NCBI GenBank assembly: GCA_034003245.1
Contig: JAVEYY010000021.1
Span: 5,852-69,851, forward strand
From: Tenuifilaceae bacterium
GTDB lineage: Bacteria; Bacteroidota; Bacteroidia; Bacteroidales; Tenuifilaceae
DNA: 64,000 bases
Direction of reading: 5' to 3'
Under the pieces are notes generated by a model that had not been told where the DNA came from, ran no database searches, and worked only from the letters and a program-made list of their open reading frames with translations. Position 1 is the stretch's first letter. Each line of letters starts with the position of its first letter. This document shows positions 56,777 to 64,000 of the stretch, piece by piece. Both the position numbers and the translations under genes were made by a program.

Positions 56777-57691
56777 ATGCAAAACCTGTTTATTCACAAA
56801 GAGCTATCGTCCCTAAAGGGTATTCTTATCTCCTTTCTTGTGGCACTTTTCGGTTTTTTATTCTTTTTTACAATTGGAGAACTAATCAAAGCAGTATTTT
56901 TCAGTGGAATCGAGGCCGATATCAGCACACAGCAGGGGTTAATGCTAATGCGCATATCTCAAATATTGCAGACCACAGGGCTTTTCCTGTTTCCAGCAAT
57001 ACTTATCCCCTTATTCACAAGCTCATCGGCAATCCGGTTTTTGGGGTTTAACTCCACCTCAACATCAATAATTTTCCTGTCAATTGCAATAATGGTTCTT
57101 GTTATTCCAGGGGTAAACCTAATTGCATCACTCAACGCCATGATTCCAATGCCCAGCTGGATGCTCGATATAGAGCAAGCCGCATCGAGAATAATGAAGG
57201 CTATGCTAATAACCGATAGTTTGTGGTTACTAATGGTAAATCTAGTGGTTGTCGCAGTTATTCCTGCAATTGCCGAGGAGCTATTTTTCAGGGGATTGGT
57301 TCAGAAATATATGATCGGATGGACTGGCAAGTCGTTTTGGGGTATTCTGATTACAGCAGCGATCTTCAGCGCAATCCACATGCAGTTTCAGGGATTTATC
57401 CCAAGGTTACTTCTCGGATTGCTGTTCGGATATTTATATGTATGGAGCGGATCGATATGGGCACCCATTGCGGCGCACTTTGCCAACAACAGCACTGCGG
57501 TTTTTGTGTACTACCTTATTGGTAAAGGCGATATTCCCTCTAAACTCGACACAGTTGGTAATGCTAGTGGAGCTTGGCAAGTGGGAATATTCAGCTTAGT
57601 TGTTTCTGGAATTCTTCTTTGGGTATTCTGGCGCGAGCGGGTTACACATCCAAGTCCACAAGACTCCGCTCTAACATCTGAAGGCCTTTGA
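56777..57691 (+). CDS. CPBP-family intramembrane glutamic endopeptidase (CAAX protease-like)
   Basis: 304 aa, polytopic. Motifs AEELFFRG, FSAIHM and HFANN. Confidence 0.8.
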   Translation: MQNLFIHKELSSLKGILISFLVALFGFLFFFTIGELIKAVFFSGIEADISTQQGLMLMRISQILQTTGLFLFPAILIPLFTSSSAIRFLGFNSTSTSIIFLSIAIMVLVIPGVNLIASLNAMIPMPSWMLDIEQAASRIMKAMLITDSLWLLMVNLVVVAVIPAIAEELFFRGLVQKYMIGWTGKSFWGILITAAIFSAIHMQFQGFIPRLLLGLLFGYLYVWSGSIWAPIAAHFANNSTAVFVYYLIGKGDIPSKLDTVGNASGAWQVGIFSLVVSGILLWVFWRERVTHPSPQDSALTSEGL

Positions 57692-58376
57692 TCTCGTTCT
57701 TGCGGTAAACATAAATCAAGCCATAGGCTTGGGCCTGCTCCCTGCGCTCGTGATCGGGCATATCCTTAAATTTTTCCTCCACCTCATTCCAGATATCGAG
57801 GATAATGGCATCGGCTTTCTTTCTAAGCTCATCGAGCTCGGTCTGGCAACGCTGAGTATTCTGCTGCAATATCCTCTGGTGGTTAAATCCCTCGGCAAAG
57901 TTCTCGTATCTAACCTTAACCACCGCTATGGTAGGGTTGGTTATGGGTGGCTGTCCCTTTGAGGTTCGCTCCGACTCCCCCTGAATAATCTTTTTTCCCC
58001 AATCCAACAAATCCTTATCAGTGGTTAGGTTTGGGAGTTTACGCTCATCTATGTCCATCCCGTAAAGTTCACGCACCTTCTCAGGCAACTCACCTCGCGA
58101 AATGGTCATATTAAGCACCTGAATAAAATGCGATAGGTAAAGTCGGGCCTTTTTGGCAACCGTCTGATACTCCTTATTCTTCTCAATCTGCTTATTGTAT
58201 GCCGCCTTGTAGTTGGCCATCGATTTCTCAAAACTATTGATAAACAGATCGGCCTTGGCAAATGTACTCTGGGTAAAAGCCATTTTAAATGGGGGCAGCT
58301 CTCGACCTTTTCTAATGGCTGCCTTTAGAGCCCTGAGCCTGGCACTGTCGGTGTTGGGTAAGCGTCGGTAAGGCAT
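57642..58376 (-). CDS. Hypothetical conserved protein
   Basis: 244-aa helical, charged ORF with no family recognised. Its 3' end overlaps the convergent CPBP gene by 50 nt. Confidence 0.45.
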   Translation of the reverse strand: MPYRRLPNTDSARLRALKAAIRKGRELPPFKMAFTQSTFAKADLFINSFEKSMANYKAAYNKQIEKNKEYQTVAKKARLYLSHFIQVLNMTISRGELPEKVRELYGMDIDERKLPNLTTDKDLLDWGKKIIQGESERTSKGQPPITNPTIAVVKVRYENFAEGFNHQRILQQNTQRCQTELDELRKKADAIILDIWNEVEEKFKDMPDHERREQAQAYGLIYVYRKNEIKGLQMLERSLVDLDV

Positions 58377-58632
58377 GGTAGCAAGGTGATTTAGGGTGAC
58401 TGTTCAAAAGGTGTTGATAAACTGCGAATATACATATTATTTTATACTAAACAACAGTATTCGCAAATTATTTAATTTTTTTGGTGATCTAGTAATGAGA
58501 ACATTGAGAGGCGAAGGGGTATTCAATAGCCCCATTCATCTGCAATTCGCCAATAATGCACTTTTAGAGCTTAATAAAAAAGATGTACTTTTGCTTATCC
58601 TATCTCATTATAAATAAAAAAATCAACCTAAT

Positions 58633-59820
58633 ATGTACGGCAAAATAAAAGAGGAATTACAAAAGCAGCTTCAGGGCATAAAGGACGATGGCCTTTACAA
58701 AGCTGAGCGCGTAATTGTCACGCCACAGGGTGTTGAGATTGAAACGGATGGCAAAAGGGTGCTTAACTTTTGCGCCAACAACTACCTTGGTCTTTCGAAT
58801 CATCCACGCCTGGTTCAAGCAGCAAAGGATGCCATGGACACACATGGCTTTGGTGTATCGTCGGTTCGCTTTATATGCGGAACGCAGGATATTCACAAGG
58901 AGTTGGAACAGCGAATATCGGAGTACTTTGGCACAGAAGATACAATCCTATACATTGCAGCTTTCGATGCCAATGGCGGCGTTTTTGAGCCCATCCTCGG
59001 CGAGGAGGATGCCATTATCTCCGATGCCCTTAACCACGCCTCAATTATTGACGGAGTTAGACTGTGTAAAGCACAACGCTACCGCTACAACAATGCCGAC
59101 ATGGAGGATCTTGAACAACAGCTAAAGTTAGCCCAAGCACAGAGGCACAGAATAATCGTTACCGATGGCGTTTTCTCTATGGACGGAAACGTAGCTCCGA
59201 TGGACAAGATTGTTGAGCTCGCCGAGAAATACAACGCCATGGTTATGATTGACGAGAGTCACTCGGCAGGTGTTGTTGGCAAAACTGGCCGCGGGGTAAC
59301 CGAGCAGTTCAACATTAGAGGCAAAGCCGATATAATAACAGGCACTTTAGGCAAAGCCTTTGGAGGTGGTTGCGGTGGATTTACTACCGGGCGCAAGGAG
59401 ATTATCGATATGCTTCGTCAACGTTCACGCCCATATCTGTTCTCAAACTCGATGCCCCCAGCTGTGGTTGGTGCGGGTATAGAAACATTTAAAATGCTCG
59501 AAACCAGCAATGAGTTGCACGATAAACTCGTTAGCAACACCCAATACTTTGTAAAAGGCATGCAAGCTGCTGGCTTTGATATTAAACCAACTCAAAGTGC
59601 CATTGTGGCGGTTATGCTATACGATGCCAAGCTATCGCAAACCATGGCTGCTGAACTACTCGAAGAAGGGATTTACGTAATTGGGTTCTACTTCCCCGTA
59701 GTTCCCAGGGAGCAGGCACGAATTCGAGTTCAGGTTTCGGCTGCTCACAGCAAAGAGCATCTCGATAAGTGTATAGCTGCTTTTACTAAAGTAGGCCAGA
59801 AACTTGGCGTTATTAAATAA
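58633..59820 (+). CDS. kbl: Glycine C-acetyltransferase (2-amino-3-ketobutyrate CoA ligase)
   Basis: 395 aa. NFCANNYLGLSNHP, SVRFICGTQDIHKELE, and a PLP-Lys region GTLGKAFGG. Confidence 0.9.
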   Translation: MYGKIKEELQKQLQGIKDDGLYKAERVIVTPQGVEIETDGKRVLNFCANNYLGLSNHPRLVQAAKDAMDTHGFGVSSVRFICGTQDIHKELEQRISEYFGTEDTILYIAAFDANGGVFEPILGEEDAIISDALNHASIIDGVRLCKAQRYRYNNADMEDLEQQLKLAQAQRHRIIVTDGVFSMDGNVAPMDKIVELAEKYNAMVMIDESHSAGVVGKTGRGVTEQFNIRGKADIITGTLGKAFGGGCGGFTTGRKEIIDMLRQRSRPYLFSNSMPPAVVGAGIETFKMLETSNELHDKLVSNTQYFVKGMQAAGFDIKPTQSAIVAVMLYDAKLSQTMAAELLEEGIYVIGFYFPVVPREQARIRVQVSAAHSKEHLDKCIAAFTKVGQKLGVIK

Positions 59821-59840
59821 ACTCACTTTGATAAATATAG

Positions 59841-59874
59841 AAAAGCCCTTATCGCATTTTGGATAAGGGCATTT
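59841..59874. terminator. Bidirectional terminator hairpin between the convergent kbl and wecB
   Basis: GCCCTTATC...GATAAGGGC stem flanked by an A-run and a T-rich tail. Confidence 0.65.
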
Positions 59875-59890
59875 CTATTGTAATAAACAT

Positions 59891-60970
59891 CTACTTTCCT
59901 AAGAAATCCTTAAGACATTTTACGATAATAGTAGCTGCATTTCCTGTGCCGTAAAGATTTTCAGTAAAATTTTTACTACGGTTAGATATTGTATTAAAAC
60001 CATCAATAATCCTACTATACTGCGAGCCAACCAAAAGGTTGTAACCCCCTTTAACTAGTTCAACCCATTCGGTTTCCTCTCGAAGCGTCAAACATTTTTT
60101 TTCAAAGAAAAATGCCTCTTTCTGCAGACCTCCGCTATCGGTTATCACCATTGCACAGTGCTTTAGCAATTCTATCATATCAAAATAACCAACTGGCGGA
60201 ATTATTGTAAAAGTCGCTTTTAACCCACTTGCGTCAATAATTTTCTTTGTTCGGGGGTGCAACGGAACAACCACCTGCCTTTGTCCATGAATAGTATTTA
60301 AGGCATCAATAATTCCCTTAAGGTTTTCGGGACTATCAGTATTCTCCTGTCGATGCATTGTGGCTAGCACAAAGCTGGGTTCAAGGTTTAATGCTCTAAT
60401 AATTTTCGATTTTTGTGCTGACCTTTCGCTGTAGTATAACGCAGCATCGAGCATCACATCGCCCACATTGTATATGTTACAGCCAAAACCATCAAAGCCT
60501 TCGGCTTTTAGGTTATTAATGGCCACCTGGGTTGGACAAAATAGATGGGTCGAAATTCTATCGGTGAGTATGCGGTTAGTTTCCTCGGGCATGGCCATAT
60601 TGAACGAACGGAGACCGGCCTCGACGTGCGCCACGGGAATGCCTAGCTTTTGAGCGGCCAATGCTCCAGCCAGAGTAGAGTTAGTATCGCCATATACAAG
60701 CACTACCTTGGGCTTTTCATCTACTAAAACCTTCTCGATAGCTTCGAGCATTCGCCCGGTCATTGCCCCATGCGAAAGGCTATGAATCTCTAAGTTGTAG
60801 TCGGGCTGGGGTATCTCCATTTCATCAAAAAACACCTGCGACATGTTATAGTCGAAATGCTGACCAGTATGAACAATAACCTCTTTAAGCCCAACACTTC
60901 GGAGCGCACGGCTTACTGTTCCGGCCTTAACAAACTGGGGACGAGCTCCAACAATAGTGATTATGCTCAT
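59891..60970 (-). CDS. wecB: UDP-N-acetylglucosamine 2-epimerase (non-hydrolysing)
   Basis: 359 aa. IVGARPQFVKAG, VHTGQHFDYNMSQVFF, VYGDTNSTLAGALAA, TDSGGLQKEA. Confidence 0.9.
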   Translation of the reverse strand: MSIITIVGARPQFVKAGTVSRALRSVGLKEVIVHTGQHFDYNMSQVFFDEMEIPQPDYNLEIHSLSHGAMTGRMLEAIEKVLVDEKPKVVLVYGDTNSTLAGALAAQKLGIPVAHVEAGLRSFNMAMPEETNRILTDRISTHLFCPTQVAINNLKAEGFDGFGCNIYNVGDVMLDAALYYSERSAQKSKIIRALNLEPSFVLATMHRQENTDSPENLKGIIDALNTIHGQRQVVVPLHPRTKKIIDASGLKATFTIIPPVGYFDMIELLKHCAMVITDSGGLQKEAFFFEKKCLTLREETEWVELVKGGYNLLVGSQYSRIIDGFNTISNRSKNFTENLYGTGNAATIIVKCLKDFLGK

Positions 60971-61013
60971 TATCTGAAGATTTTAGATCTTTCGAGTTTA
61001 TGTTTGCCTAAAA

Positions 61014-62309
61014 TTAGGAAAGCTTATCGAGGATTTCAACAAATTTCCCCGTTAGATTTCGGCGGCTGTAGGTTGTATTATCAATATTATGAAGAAATGG
61101 AAACCCCTGCTCATACTCAGCCCAAAGCCAGGTAAGTTTGGTGGTTATATCATCGATGCTTGAAATATTGGCGGTTACACCAGCCTTTGTTTCCTTAAGC
61201 AGATTATCGACATCGCCACCCAAAGGGCCAATGGCAAGTATGGGACGCTTGGCCGCAAGGTACTCGAAAATCTTGCCTGTTAGTATGCCCTTGGCATTTG
61301 GCGTATTGTTTACCAAGATAAGCAGCACTTGCGAACGCTGCATAAGCTTAACGCTTGTGATATGATTAACATATCCAAAAAAAGTACAGTAATCTGTTAA
61401 TCCATACTTTTCAATTTCATCGCGAACCGATTTGTCGATTGTACCCACCAGCTGTATTCTGAGTTTACTGGCAAAAGCCTTATCACTACTAATCAGACTA
61501 TTCATGGCTTGCCAAAGAAATTCGCAATTTCTACTGGGGGGGATTGTTCCTACGTGGGTAATTGTAAAGAACTGATCAGGCTCTATGGATTGAGTTGGGA
61601 AATCGGCCTCATCAAATCCATTGGTAATAACCTTAATTTTTCTGTTACTCAGCCGTTCATACTCATCCTGCATTTGTGAACCCACCACCACAACTTCATC
61701 GGCGCTTTTCAGCACATCATGCTCAAGTTTTCGATGTTTTTTTAGCGCACGAGCAGATAAAGGTAGATCGTTAAAATAATCAATATTGGTCCACGGATCG
61801 CGAAAATCGGCAACCCACTTAACGCCTAGTTTCTGCTTAAGCCCAAGTGCAATTAGGTGCATGCTGTGTGGTGGACCAGTTGATACTATAGCATCGACAG
61901 GATGTTCCTTTAAGTATTTGGCCAAAAACCTAATCGATGGACGAATCCAGAACATTCGGGCGTCGGGAACAAAAAGGTTTGCCCTTACCCAAAGGGCGAT
62001 ACGCCCAAGCACCCCTTTTGATTTGCCCTCTTCGGATGTAAAGCCTACGCCTATTTTACCCTTTTGGCGAGTAAATAAACGAAACACCTTGTATGGTTCA
62101 AAGATATTTCGTTTTAACACCTCAACTCCAATTGGGATTTCAGCGTGCATTGTCTCATCCAACAGAACCACCTCAGGATTTTGTGGAGTATAGATAACAG
62201 GTTCCCAACCAAACTGGCGCAAATATTTTGCAAACTTTAGCCAACGCTGCACCCCACTTCCACCTGCAGGAGGCCAGTAGTAGGTGATTATTAGTAGGCG
62301 TTTGGGCAT
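61014..62309 (-). CDS. Glycosyltransferase, GT4-like
   Basis: 431 aa. N-terminal LLIITYYWPPAGGSGVQRW and a C-terminal GT-B fold region with the E-x7-E-like block KIFEYLAAKRPIL. Confidence 0.75.
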   Translation of the reverse strand: MPKRLLIITYYWPPAGGSGVQRWLKFAKYLRQFGWEPVIYTPQNPEVVLLDETMHAEIPIGVEVLKRNIFEPYKVFRLFTRQKGKIGVGFTSEEGKSKGVLGRIALWVRANLFVPDARMFWIRPSIRFLAKYLKEHPVDAIVSTGPPHSMHLIALGLKQKLGVKWVADFRDPWTNIDYFNDLPLSARALKKHRKLEHDVLKSADEVVVVGSQMQDEYERLSNRKIKVITNGFDEADFPTQSIEPDQFFTITHVGTIPPSRNCEFLWQAMNSLISSDKAFASKLRIQLVGTIDKSVRDEIEKYGLTDYCTFFGYVNHITSVKLMQRSQVLLILVNNTPNAKGILTGKIFEYLAAKRPILAIGPLGGDVDNLLKETKAGVTANISSIDDITTKLTWLWAEYEQGFPFLHNIDNTTYSRRNLTGKFVEILDKLS

Positions 62310-62310
62310 T

Positions 62311-62474
62311 GGGTGGTTGGGTGATTGATTGAATGATTGAATGGTTGAGAGTTGAGAGTTTAGAGTTTAGAGTTTAGGGCTTAGCCTACCTCCATTTCAT
62401 TTCGATAGGTAATGGCTTAGGGTTTTCCTTAGACCTTAAACCCTGAACCTTAAACCTTGAACGCTAAACGCTAT
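62311..62474. repeat. Degenerate 7-8 nt tandem-repeat arrays with strand-asymmetric composition
   Basis: 62311-62386 is a C-free G/T-rich array that drifts from GGGTGGTT through GATTGAAT and GTTGAGA to GTTTAGA. 62416-62474 is a G-poor array (TTAGACC, TTAAACC, CTGAACC, TTAAACC, TTGAACG, CTAAACG). The two arrays are partly complementary. Confidence 0.8.
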
Positions 62475-64000
62475 ATTTTTCTTAAAAGATGTTTCATGCT
62501 TACCTTTTCCTCCATAATTTCGCGGAGGCGCGATGCATCAACACGTTCCTGCTCCATGGTGTCGCGGTAGCGAATTGTTACCGTGTTATCCTCGAGCGAC
62601 TGATGGTCGATGGTTATGCAGAACGGAGTTCCAATGGCATCGTGGCGGCGGTAACGCTTTCCAATGCTATCCTTCTCCTCGTACTGGCACTTAAAGTCGA
62701 TCTTAAGATCATCCATAATCTGACGTGCCTTTTCGGGCAAACCATCCTTTTTTACCAAAGGTAAAACGGCAAGTTTAACAGGAGCTAATGCGGGTGGAAT
62801 GCGAAGCACTACACGCTCATCAACTGTTCCATCTTCCTTGTTTATTTTTTCCTCGGTGTATGCCGATGAAAGGATTAACAGGAATGTTCTATCTAAGCCA
62901 ATGGACGTTTCAACAACGTAGGGAACATAGTTGGAGTTGGTCTCGGGATCGAAATACTGCAACTTTTTACCCGATAATTTCTGATGATTTCCTAAATCGA
63001 AATCGGTACGTGAGTGAATCCCTTCGACCTCCTTGAAGCCGAATGGAAAATTGAACTCGATATCGGTAGCCGCGTTTGCGTAGTGAGCCAGCTTGTCGTG
63101 ATCGTGGAAACGATACTTGTGATCGCCCAATCCTAATGCCTTATGCCAGCGCAAGCGCTTTTCTTTCCAAAACTCGAACCACTGCATCTCCTGGCCTGGG
63201 CGGACAAAGAACTGCATCTCCATCTGTTCAAACTCCTTCATACGGAAAATGAACTGGCGAGCCACAATCTCGTTACGGAAAGCCTTACCAATTTGGGCAA
63301 TACCAAAGGGCAACTTCATGCGTCCTGTCTTTTGCACGTTTAGGTAGTTTACAAAGATACCCTGCGCAGTTTCGGGACGAAGGTATATGGTGTTGGCGTC
63401 GTCGCTAACGGAGCCCATCTTAGTGTCGAACATGAGGTTAAACTGGCGCACATCGGTCCAGTTGCGCGAGCCCGAAATGGGGCAAACAATCTCGCAATCC
63501 TCAATAATCTTCTTAACCTCGGGCAAATCACTATCATCCAAAGCCTTAACCATTCTGGTGCGAACAGCATCAATCTTGGCCTGAATTTCTAACACCCTGA
63601 CGTTGGTTTTTACGAACATAGCCTCGTCGAAGCTATCGCCGAAACGCTTTTGCGCCTTGGTAACCTCCTTGGCAATCTTCTCCTCTTGCTTGGCCATCCA
63701 ATCCTCGATAAGCACATCGGCACGGTAGCGTTTCTTGCTATCCTTATTGTCGATAAGCGGATCGTTAAATGCGCCCACATGTCCCGATGCAACCCAAACG
63801 TCTGGATGCATAAAGATGGCAGAGTCAAGACCCACGATATTCTCATTTAAACGGGTCATGGCATCCCACCAGTACTGGCGGATATTATTCTTAAGCTCAA
63901 CACCGTTCTGTCCGTAGTCGTAAACTGCACTAAGGCCATCGTAAATCTCGCTGCTCTGGAAAACAAATCCGTACTCCTTGCAGTGCGCAATTAGCTTCTT
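62471..64000 (-). CDS. glyQS: Glycine--tRNA ligase (class II, GlyQS type); 5' end is outside the window
   Basis: The reading frame stays open past the track Met to the window edge (...KKLIAHCKEYGFVFQSSEIYDGLSAVYDYGQNGVELKNNIRQYWWDAMTRL...). Class II motifs FRNEI and GLDR are present. Confidence 0.95.
   Translation of the reverse strand, partial: KKLIAHCKEYGFVFQSSEIYDGLSAVYDYGQNGVELKNNIRQYWWDAMTRLNENIVGLDSAIFMHPDVWVASGHVGAFNDPLIDNKDSKKRYRADVLIEDWMAKQEEKIAKEVTKAQKRFGDSFDEAMFVKTNVRVLEIQAKIDAVRTRMVKALDDSDLPEVKKIIEDCEIVCPISGSRNWTDVRQFNLMFDTKMGSVSDDANTIYLRPETAQGIFVNYLNVQKTGRMKLPFGIAQIGKAFRNEIVARQFIFRMKEFEQMEMQFFVRPGQEMQWFEFWKEKRLRWHKALGLGDHKYRFHDHDKLAHYANAATDIEFNFPFGFKEVEGIHSRTDFDLGNHQKLSGKKLQYFDPETNSNYVPYVVETSIGLDRTFLLILSSAYTEEKINKEDGTVDERVVLRIPPALAPVKLAVLPLVKKDGLPEKARQIMDDLKIDFKCQYEEKDSIGKRYRRHDAIGTPFCITIDHQSLEDNTVTIRYRDTMEQERVDASRLREIMEEKVSMKHLLRKI

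Noticed and set aside
57642-57691. 50-nt 3'-end overlap of the convergent CPBP protease and the 244-aa ORF.
   Set aside because: This is probably a benign overlap of poorly conserved C-terminal tails. There is nothing else unusual in the sequence.
62311-62474. The short tandem repeats could be a CRISPR array or minisatellite-encoded peptide repeats.
   Set aside because: The units are only 7-8 nt with no spacers, there are no cas genes, and no ORF spans them.

Overview
This looks like a chromosomal segment of a Bacteroidota-type genome. Supporting signs are TAnnTTTG-type promoter boxes, CarboxypepD_reg-type TonB-dependent receptors paired with DUF4249 lipoproteins, an sdhCAB-type fumarate reductase and the rpsB-tsf-pyrH-frr synteny. 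No transposase, integrase, CRISPR array or rRNA gene is visible.

Layout:
- 1-14.4 kb: tail of a CapD-like gene, then a tight co-directional signalling cluster. It runs CheR, HAMP-GAF-PAS sensor, divergent CheR, CheB, GAF protein, GAF-PAS-PP2C phosphatase, SiaB-like kinase, SiaC-like DUF1987 protein. A 1029-aa ABC-G type transporter and two secreted proteins follow.
- 14.5-37.7 kb: housekeeping genes. These are tRNA-Asn, a PfkB kinase, MPG glycosylase, rplM-rpsI, rpsB-tsf, pyrH-frr, dxs, tRNA-Leu, dCMP deaminase, Ctp protease and sdhCAB. A secreted TPR-CHAT protein is wedged between tsf and pyrH.
- 37.8-54.0 kb (all minus strand): three paralogous outer-membrane cassettes (small beta-barrel or lipoprotein, then DUF4249 lipoprotein, then TonB-dependent receptor). 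Two of them are interleaved with a ~1.3 kb duplicated segment carrying an EamA/DMT permease plus a conserved leader.
- 54.1-64.0 kb: dusB, hypothetical envelope proteins, a CPBP protease, kbl, wecB, a GT4 glycosyltransferase and partial glyQS.

Most interesting observations:
1. A CheR/CheB methylation module has no CheA, CheW or MCP. It is coupled to GAF/PAS sensors that carry Glu-Glu-x-x-Ala-Thr coiled-coil motifs and to a SiaABC-like partner switch that has no diguanylate cyclase output.
2. Each of the three receptor cassettes sits behind the same promoter architecture: an inverted repeat, a G7, G8 or G9 homopolymer, exactly 19 nt, then TAnnTTTG. This suggests slipped-strand phase variation.
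3. A GC-rich, multi-hairpin ~340-nt element with a strong intrinsic terminator lies between cassettes and matches no RNA family I recognise.
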